From Treponema sp. (lineage in GTDB: Bacteria; Spirochaetota; Spirochaetia; Treponematales; Breznakiellaceae), in the NCBI GenBank assembly GCA_031283575.1, contig JAITBL010000201.1, positions 1-39,319 of the forward strand: a DNA stretch of 39,319 nucleotides. Direction: 5' to 3'. This document shows positions 33,644-39,319 of the stretch, piece after piece; positions within the stretch are counted from its first letter, which is position 1; every line of letters starts with the position of its first letter. The position numbers and the translations under genes were made by a program. Under the pieces are notes generated by a model. It worked only from the letters and a program-made list of their open reading frames with translations. It was not told where the DNA came from and did not search any database.

Positions 33644-34759
33644 TTGAAAGTTCTGGGTATTGAAACTTCCTGCGATGAATGCGCGGCGGCCGTCGTGGAA
33701 AACGGCCGCGTACTCTCCAATGTGGTGGCGACGCAGATACCGGTACACGCTCCCTATCAGGGAGTGGTGCCGGAACTGGCAAGCCGTACGCACACGGTCT
33801 GGATATACGGCGTCGTCAAGGAAGCGCTTGACCGCGCCGGCATGACCAGCGCCGATGTCGAAGGCGTCGCCGCGACCGCCTTTCCGGGCCTTCTGGGATC
33901 GCTGCTGGTCGGGCTGCATTTTGCCAAGGCCTTTGCCTGGGCGCGGCAACTTCCCTTTATTGCCGTCGATCATCTGCTGGCCCATCTTTACGCGCCGCGT
34001 CTTGCCGGCGCAAACGCGGAAACAGCCGCCTATCCCTTTTTGGGCCTGCTCGTTTCGGGGGGGCACAGCGTTATCTGCCGCGTGGAGAATTTCGACAAGG
34101 TGAGCGTTCTGGGAAGCACCATCGACGATGCCGCGGGCGAAGCCTTCGACAAAATCGCCAAGCACTACGGCATGGGTTATCCTGGCGGGCCGGCCATCGA
34201 CGCCCTCGCCCGCGGGGGAAACGCCGATACCTTTCAGTTCCCCCTTCCCAATCTTTACAAAACGGGAAAAAACGGCCGAAACCACCGTTATGACGTTTCC
34301 TATTCGGGACTCAAAACGGCGGTGGTGAACCAGCGCGAACAATTCCGCGTCAAACCGCGCCGCGCGGACAGGGTAACGGAAACATACGGCGCGGATACGG
34401 CGTCAAAGCCTTACACGGATTCGAAGGCGGAAATTTCCGAAAGCGAAAAGGCCGATATAGCCGCTTCGTTTCAGAAAACGGCGATCGACATTTTGTTCCG
34501 CGCGGTGGTCCGCGCCGCGGAGGACACGGGCCTCTCCACCATTGTGGCGGGGGGCGGCGTGGCGGCAAACAGCTGTCTTCGCGCCCGCGCCGCCGGATAT
34601 CCGCAGCTGCGTTTTATTTTTCCGCCTTTGGAATACTGCGGCGACAACGGCGCCATGGTGGCCGGCATTGGGGAACAGTATCTGCTAAGTGGGGAAACTT
34701 CGCCTTTCGAGTTAAGCGCGTCGCCGAGGATCAAATCGCTCAAGCGCGTCTATCCCTAG
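33644..34759 (+). CDS. tsaD: tRNA N6-adenosine threonylcarbamoyltransferase
   Basis: MKVLGIETSCDE N-terminus, the HLLAHLY His pair and GGGVAAN. TTG start. Contains an insertion of about 40 aa (RVKPRRADRVTETYGADTASKPYTDSKAEISE). Confidence 0.9.
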   Translation: MKVLGIETSCDECAAAVVENGRVLSNVVATQIPVHAPYQGVVPELASRTHTVWIYGVVKEALDRAGMTSADVEGVAATAFPGLLGSLLVGLHFAKAFAWARQLPFIAVDHLLAHLYAPRLAGANAETAAYPFLGLLVSGGHSVICRVENFDKVSVLGSTIDDAAGEAFDKIAKHYGMGYPGGPAIDALARGGNADTFQFPLPNLYKTGKNGRNHRYDVSYSGLKTAVVNQREQFRVKPRRADRVTETYGADTASKPYTDSKAEISESEKADIAASFQKTAIDILFRAVVRAAEDTGLSTIVAGGGVAANSCLRARAAGYPQLRFIFPPLEYCGDNGAMVAGIGEQYLLSGETSPFELSASPRIKSLKRVYP

Positions 34760-35580
34760 GCCAGATACGCCTTAAGATCGGCGCTCGACTCGCGCATTTG
34801 GCGGAGGGCGCGCAATTCGATCTGGCGGACCGTTTCGGGCGATATGCCCATTTTCGCGCCTATTCTTTTCAGGGTATAACGCTCGCCGCCCTGCAGCTGG
34901 TAGCGGTAAATCAGAATGTTTTTTTCGCGTTCTTTTAATTTGCCAAGGATTCGCATGGCGGCTTCGCGGGAATTTTTTTTGAGAAACACCCGCTCGGGGC
35001 TGTACGTGTAATCTTCCTGATAGGTCACCAGGGACGACGTTTCGTCTTCATTTCCGGTATCCAGAGACACGATGCCGTTGGCAATATTGAGCACCAAATC
35101 GATCATCCGCTCGCTTACGCCGATTTCCCCGGAAATTTCCTGATTGCTGGGCTCGCGGCAAAGACGCTGGCTCAGGCTGTGAAAGGCCTGCTGTATGCGG
35201 CGGAGCAGCGCCTCTTTACGGTGGGGGAGCCGTATTATACGCTGGCGGTTGGACAGATAACGCAGAATACCCTGCTTGATCCACCACGCCGCGTATGTCG
35301 AAAAATGAACCTTTCTGTCGGGATCAAAACGGCCGGCGGCGGTCATAAGGCCCACGTTGCCTTCCTGGATCAGATCCAGCAGTGAGACGCCGGGACTGAG
35401 GTAGGCGCGGGCAATCTTGACAACCAGGCGCAGATTTGCCTCGACAAGACGGCGCTTGGCGTCCTTGTCCCCGCTTCGGATGCGTTTTGCCAGTTCCTGC
35501 TCTTCCTCCGGGCTGACCAGGGGAAAAGCCTTGATCTGGTTAAAATAAGTCTGTAAGGCGCTCATTCTTTTTTCCACCAT
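34756..35580 (-). CDS. sigma-70-family RNA polymerase sigma factor, RpoS-like (group 2-like)
   Basis: Region 2 (NLRLVVKIARAY, DLIQEGNVGLMTAAGRFD, FSTYAAWWIKQ), a region 3 linker (IRLPHRK) and a region 4 HTH (TLKRIGAKMGISPETVRQIELRALRQM). An alternative start at M6 (35565) has GGTGGA upstream. Confidence 0.88.
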   Translation of the reverse strand: MVEKRMSALQTYFNQIKAFPLVSPEEEQELAKRIRSGDKDAKRRLVEANLRLVVKIARAYLSPGVSLLDLIQEGNVGLMTAAGRFDPDRKVHFSTYAAWWIKQGILRYLSNRQRIIRLPHRKEALLRRIQQAFHSLSQRLCREPSNQEISGEIGVSERMIDLVLNIANGIVSLDTGNEDETSSLVTYQEDYTYSPERVFLKKNSREAAMRILGKLKEREKNILIYRYQLQGGERYTLKRIGAKMGISPETVRQIELRALRQMRESSADLKAYLA

Positions 35581-35590
35581 ACCATCTTAA

Positions 35591-35606
35591 TGCAATTTTC
35601 GTGCCA
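35591..35606 (-). promoter_or_regulatory. sigma-54 (RpoN) -24/-12 promoter TGGCACG-AAAA-TTGCA
   Basis: Minus strand reads CTTGGCACGAAAATTGCATTAAGATGGTATG. GG at 35605-35604 and GC at 35593-35592. The predicted +1 is about 35580, the A of the sigma-factor ATG. Confidence 0.7.
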
Positions 35607-35630
35607 AGTTTTCCGGTTTTTGGGTAAAAA

Positions 35631-35663
35631 TTCATAATTCTTTATAGTATAAAGAATTATGAA
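35631..35663. repeat. 33-bp perfect AT-rich palindrome TTCATAATTCTTTATA-G-TATAAAGAATTATGAA
   Basis: 16-bp arms with one central nucleotide. Centred about 67 bp upstream of the predicted sigma-54 start. The centre reads TATAGT on the plus strand and TATACT on the minus strand. Confidence 0.9.
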
Positions 35664-35824
35664 CGCGCCGCTTTGCCCTTTGGCAAAATGCCGGAGCGAT
35701 CTATGTAAAAATAGATACAGATAGGCCCGCGGGGTGTATAGAAAAAGTTACTGTTTCTCCAAATCTGTTTACTTCGCGAACGGAAGCCTTTAATCGCTTT
35801 GTACTGCCGTCGGGCCGGAACTTA

Positions 35825-35833
35825 TGATATACT
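35825..35833 (+). promoter_or_regulatory. extended -10 (TGaTATACT), 7 nt before the ATG at 35841 (leaderless geometry)
   Basis: TG at 35825-35826, TATACT at 35828-35833, then ttcggat, then ATG. No SD. Confidence 0.5.
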
Positions 35834-35840
35834 TTCGGAT

Positions 35841-36296
35841 ATGATCAAGTTGGATGAATTTGGAATCAAGCTTAAGGAAAAGGGAAAGGACGCTCATTAC
35901 ACGATCAAGTGGTCACCCCTTTCCAAAGCCGACCGATGGACGATCAACGCCAAGGTGCCGTCGGTGGCGGGTATCTACGAGGTCTACTGGATGGACGACC
36001 ACGAACACCTCCGCATGCTGTCGGTGGGCCAGACCCATTACGGCGGGCTCCGCTCGGAGCTGCGGCGCCTTACCGATCCCGAGCTTAACGGCGACGCCGT
36101 GGCCCGAAAAACCCTTGAGGACGAAGAAATCTGGTTTCGTTACGCCCCCTGCAATTCCGCCAAAATGATGGCCGATGTGATCTGGTTTTTCCAGGCGACC
36201 TATTTTCCCGAAAAGAACGATGCGGAACATTCCGGCCGCTTCGAAAAAATTTACATGAACGAATCGGCGCCGGATAAATTGATTTGGGTTCCCTAG
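35841..36296 (+). CDS. hypothetical 151-aa protein with a GIY-YIG-like motif
   Basis: AGIYEVYWMDDHEHLRMLSVGQTHYGGLRSELRRL resembles GIY-x(n)-YIG-x-T...L..R. The start is taken at the ATG after the -10 box rather than the upstream TTG at 35799. Confidence 0.55.
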   Translation: MIKLDEFGIKLKEKGKDAHYTIKWSPLSKADRWTINAKVPSVAGIYEVYWMDDHEHLRMLSVGQTHYGGLRSELRRLTDPELNGDAVARKTLEDEEIWFRYAPCNSAKMMADVIWFFQATYFPEKNDAEHSGRFEKIYMNESAPDKLIWVP

Positions 36297-36309
36297 ATTC
36301 GGTGATTAT

Positions 36310-36957
36310 ATGATCGAGTACATTGTCAGCGAAAACATTGATGACCGCGTTCTTTCCAGAACGGCAGCCCTGTTTGAGGAAGGCGCCCTCGCGGCGTTTC
36401 CTTCGGACACAAGCTGGCTTATCGGCTGTTCGTTCAGGTCCAGGGGAGGCCTAAAAAAACTGCGGGCGCTCGCCTCAAAGGGCGCGGAAACGGCCGGACA
36501 GCGCGAGGAAAGAAACTTTACCCTTCTCTGTTCGGATATCGCCCAGTTTGGGGAATTCTGCAGTATCGACAATACCCGCTTCCGTTTGATCAAGCGGCTT
36601 ACTCCCGGCCCGTATGTGTTTATATTGAAAACCCTTTTGGGTACTGAAAAAGCGCTTAACCTGAAACGCGGCGAAATCGGCGTCCGTATCCCGAACCATC
36701 CGGTTCCCCTGGCGTTAATCAACACGCTCGGTTTTCCGCTCTATTCCGTAACCGCCAAGAAGACCATGCTGGAATTGGATGCGGAGTATGATGAGGGAGA
36801 GGAACTTTTCGACGGCGGCTGGGAACTTGATGAAATTGAAGGGCTGGATATAATTCTCGACACCGGAGATGAACGGCCCCATATTCACACCACCGTCCTT
36901 GATCTTCGGGACGAAACAGAACTGATACGCGCTGGGGCGGGTCTCTGGCCTGTTTAG
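36310..36957 (+). CDS. Sua5/YciO/YrdC-family (L-threonylcarbamoyladenylate synthase-like) protein
   Basis: AFPSDTSWLIGC, LTPGPYVFIL and the IGVRIPNHPVPLALI pattern of the YrdC-like fold. GGTGA SD. Confidence 0.75.
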   Translation: MIEYIVSENIDDRVLSRTAALFEEGALAAFPSDTSWLIGCSFRSRGGLKKLRALASKGAETAGQREERNFTLLCSDIAQFGEFCSIDNTRFRLIKRLTPGPYVFILKTLLGTEKALNLKRGEIGVRIPNHPVPLALINTLGFPLYSVTAKKTMLELDAEYDEGEELFDGGWELDEIEGLDIILDTGDERPHIHTTVLDLRDETELIRAGAGLWPV

Positions 36958-36974
36958 GTTTTGGGCCGAGCCTG

Positions 36975-36998
36975 TTGCTTATCTGTCGAGATGAGCAA
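36975..36998. other. 10-bp-stem hairpin between convergent genes, with a third copy of the arm downstream
   Basis: TTGCTTATCT-gtcg-AGATGAGCAA, and TTGCTCATCT again at 37013-37022. No U-tract on either strand. Confidence 0.35.
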
Positions 36999-37016
36999 GC
37001 GGGACGAAGCCGTTGC

Positions 37017-37319
37017 TCATCTATCCCGTTCCCAGTGCGGGCGATTTTCGTCGTCGCTTTCAGGCTCGCTTTCCTGTTCCACGGCGGCCTGCGCGGCTGC
37101 TTCCGCGGCCTCGCGGGCTTTTTTTTCATCACCGGCGAGTTTGCGGTTATACATAAAAATGGCCAGCGCGCCAAACACAATAACGTCCATAAAATAACGT
37201 TCCATTTTTTCAGGCAGTTTAAGGTGGAGGAATTCCGCCACCAGCGCGTAGAGTATAAGGATAATCCCCAGCGCGACCGCAATTCCAAGGAGCAATTTTC
37301 TGGTTGGTTTAAACTTCAT
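37017..37319 (-). CDS. small two-TM membrane protein with an acidic C-terminal tail
   Basis: 100 aa. TM helices LLLGIAVALGIILILYALVAEFL and VIVFGALAIFMY. Tail EQESEPESDDE. AAAGGAAA SD. Confidence 0.6.
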   Translation of the reverse strand: MKFKPTRKLLLGIAVALGIILILYALVAEFLHLKLPEKMERYFMDVIVFGALAIFMYNRKLAGDEKKAREAAEAAAQAAVEQESEPESDDENRPHWERDR

Positions 37320-37355
37320 GCTGATTTCCTTTTTGTTCGCGTCCTGTTTGAGCCG

Positions 37356-39319
37356 CTAATCTTTCTGCCCCAGTTCCAGGATCAGATCAACTTCGCCCCG
37401 CGAAAGTTTGAGCACATTGGCAATGCGGTCCCGCTCCCAGCCCTGACGGGCAAGCTTAATCACATTTTCGCGGGCGGCTATGGTTGGAGCGCCGCGGCCG
37501 GTTTTCGATGTTTTTCCCTCGTCCTTGAGAATGGCTTCCATGAGCTTAAGCTGCTCCCGTGTCTGGCGGTTGATATCGGCAAAACGGGTTTCGGTCTGGG
37601 CCAGCCACTCGCGGGCAATCTGCATTTTTTCGATACGCCCTTCGATGCCGGCAAGTTCCGTGTCGAGAAGCGCGAGGCGTTCGCCCGCTTCTTTGGCTTT
37701 TTCACTGGCGGCGGCAAGGGCTTCGATATCCGGTTTAAGGGCGTCCAGTTCGTCGGTGGAGCGCGCAATGTCTTCGCCGCATTTACGCAGGGCAGCCTCG
37801 GTTTCTTCCAGTACCGAAAAATTCCGTTCGATGGAAACATGGGTTTCGTCGAGGATTTGATTTTTCTTTTCCAGCCGCAGAAACTTTTCGTCGGCGGCGG
37901 CAATGGAATCGCCCAGACGGCGTATCGCCACCTGAATCCCCTGGAGGGTATCGTCGGAATTGGTGACTTCGCGCAGGCGCTCTTCCACGCTTTGCGAAGT
38001 TTCGATGAGCCGCGCGAAATCTTTTTCCATGATTTCAAGGTGGTGCTTTTCGGTAAGAAAGCGGGTCATCTTGGAATTCACTTCGTCTTCAAGGCGGCGT
38101 ATCTTGACAAACTCGGCCTCAAGCCGGGCGGCCTCGGCGCGGCGCTGATCGATGCCGGCAATTTCCGCCTTGAGGTCTTCCATGTTTCGTTCAAGATTGG
38201 TTTTGAGTTCTTCGGCTTTTTCAAAGATCCGCGTCTGGGAAGTAAAGTCCTTGACCCCCTGGCGCAGTTCCTCGATTTGGCCCTTAAGGCCTGCGATGCG
38301 GTTGTCCGTATCGCCGGCAAGCTCCCTGTTTTTGCGGCGGGTTTCTTCAAGCCCTTCTTCGGCCTCGCGGATCTGGCCCTGATAGCGGGTCTTCCAGTCT
38401 TCCAGAGCGTCTTCGGTGTCGCGAAGCTGGACGGCGTAACGGGCCTGCCAGTCTTCCTGTTCCGTCCGTATCGTCTGCTGGACATCGCGGAAACGGTTTC
38501 CCCATTCGTCGATTTGGGCGCTCAGCTCGCCGAGGCGCGTTTCGGTTTCCCGCTGGTTTTGTTTTATCGTTTCGGTAAGGGCCAAATGGTAACGGCCCGC
38601 TTCGGCCTTAAAGTCGTTTTCCGCCAGCGTGCGGGCGTCTTCGAGGCCCGCCTCAAGACCCGCCCGCCATTCGGCGAGGCGGGTTTCAATATCTTCGCGG
38701 CGGTGAGCAATGTCGGCAAAAAATTCATCCTCAAAGACCCGCAGTTTTTCCGAAACATTTTCGTACGCGCGGTTTTTAAGGGCGTTGAGTTCCTGTTCGA
38801 CGCCGGCAATATCGCCTTTAAGATTCTCTATGGAAGAGAGAAATTCCGCGGCGGCCCGCTCCCGTTCCTGTTTCTGCTCTTCCTCAAATACGACAAAATC
38901 GCCGCGGACCCGATCTTCCGCGTTCTCCATCAAAACACGAAGCTGCGCTTCGAGTTTTGCCGCGTCATCGGCGGCCGTGTAAATCCGCTCCCACTGGCGT
39001 TCCTGCACCTCGGCGTATTCGGCAAGCTTGTCTTCGGTTGCCTTGAGAATTTTGCTCTCCGCTTCCGCCGCGCGATCGGACAACACATTCCCCAGACGGG
39101 CAATGCGCTCTTCGGTTTCCGCGGCGGCGGCTTCCCACTGTTTGCGCTGTGAAAGGGCCAGAGCGTCCATGGCGTCAAGGTCGCGCTGCCAGGCGCCGCG
39201 GTATTCAAGCTGCTTTTCCTCGAGGTCCTGATGTTCCCGCTTCCAGTCTTCGCGGTAAGCTTTGACCAGCGTCCGTATTTCTTCCACCCGTATTTTGGCG
39301 TTTTCGTGATACTCGTTGA
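37356..39319 (-). CDS. very large coiled-coil protein with a C-terminal HTH-like module; 5' end lies outside the window
   Basis: The reading frame stays open to the window edge. The sequence is E/R/K/A/L-rich with a heptad character and a recurring acidic-Trp motif. The C-terminus is PTIAARENVIKLARQGWERDRIANVLKLSRGEVDLILEL. Confidence 0.7.
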   Translation of the reverse strand, partial: NEYHENAKIRVEEIRTLVKAYREDWKREHQDLEEKQLEYRGAWQRDLDAMDALALSQRKQWEAAAAETEERIARLGNVLSDRAAEAESKILKATEDKLAEYAEVQERQWERIYTAADDAAKLEAQLRVLMENAEDRVRGDFVVFEEEQKQERERAAAEFLSSIENLKGDIAGVEQELNALKNRAYENVSEKLRVFEDEFFADIAHRREDIETRLAEWRAGLEAGLEDARTLAENDFKAEAGRYHLALTETIKQNQRETETRLGELSAQIDEWGNRFRDVQQTIRTEQEDWQARYAVQLRDTEDALEDWKTRYQGQIREAEEGLEETRRKNRELAGDTDNRIAGLKGQIEELRQGVKDFTSQTRIFEKAEELKTNLERNMEDLKAEIAGIDQRRAEAARLEAEFVKIRRLEDEVNSKMTRFLTEKHHLEIMEKDFARLIETSQSVEERLREVTNSDDTLQGIQVAIRRLGDSIAAADEKFLRLEKKNQILDETHVSIERNFSVLEETEAALRKCGEDIARSTDELDALKPDIEALAAASEKAKEAGERLALLDTELAGIEGRIEKMQIAREWLAQTETRFADINRQTREQLKLMEAILKDEGKTSKTGRGAPTIAARENVIKLARQGWERDRIANVLKLSRGEVDLILELGQKD

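Noticed and set aside
32543-34342. 599-aa minus-strand ORF
   Set aside because: It is antisense to both the YibQ-like gene and tsaD and crosses their intergenic region. It is R/G/P-rich with no motifs.
35633-35724. Small ORFs starting at the ATGs inside the arms of the 33-bp palindrome (a 21-aa Cys-rich peptide on the plus strand, about 30 aa on the minus strand)
   Set aside because: There is no SD. The ATGs are a by-product of the palindrome sequence (TTATGAA), and nothing supports them without conservation data.
36975-39152. 725-aa plus-strand ORF
   Set aside because: It is antisense to the coiled-coil gene. Its F/L/G-rich composition mirrors the codons of an E/K/L-rich protein. It also runs across the small membrane protein gene and the intergenic spacer.

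Overview
GC-rich bacterial chromosomal segment that is densely coding: 37 protein genes (one cut by the right edge) and one tRNA. I found no rRNA, CRISPR array, transposase, integrase or phage genes, so this reads as core genome rather than an accessory island. Gene content is housekeeping: MATE efflux, citrate synthase, acyl-CoA synthetase, XRE-cupin regulator, AroD-AroE fusion, PASTA protein, fmt-def, ppx-ppk, two rRNA methyltransferases, a cation/proton antiporter fused to a PTS EIIA domain, rpmE, rho, cinA, bactofilin, a REC-only response regulator, lnt, HU, rpsT, Rrf2 regulator, DinG-type helicase, CBS-GHKL protein, Cof-type HAD, parAB, YibQ-like protein, tsaD, an RpoS-like sigma factor, a YrdC-family protein and a very large coiled-coil protein. 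Gene content and order suggest a GC-rich spirochaete-like (Treponema-like) organism, but I cannot verify that. I do not see a clear new multi-gene system such as a defence island. The interesting signals are regulatory and small-scale. (1) A perfect sigma-54 promoter has its predicted +1 on the ATG of the RpoS-like sigma gene, next to a 33-bp perfect palindrome whose half-site recurs in a 27-bp palindrome at the left edge. (2) A -10 box (usually TGnTATACT) sits 6-8 nt before an SD-less start codon at many first genes, which suggests widespread leaderless mRNAs, two of them with tiny uORFs overlapping TTG starts. (3) An unlisted 56-aa four-Cys zinc-ribbon ORF lies upstream of rpsT. (4) A 3 x 23-bp operator-like array sits between that operon and a three-Cys Rrf2 regulator, which is coupled to a membrane protein with a threefold internal module. 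(5) Several short repeat arrays are present: TGTCAA x4, ACGGAAA x4-5, and a 15-bp coding repeat giving (V/M)IEGK x5. All long antisense ORFs in the track look like GC-driven artefacts.
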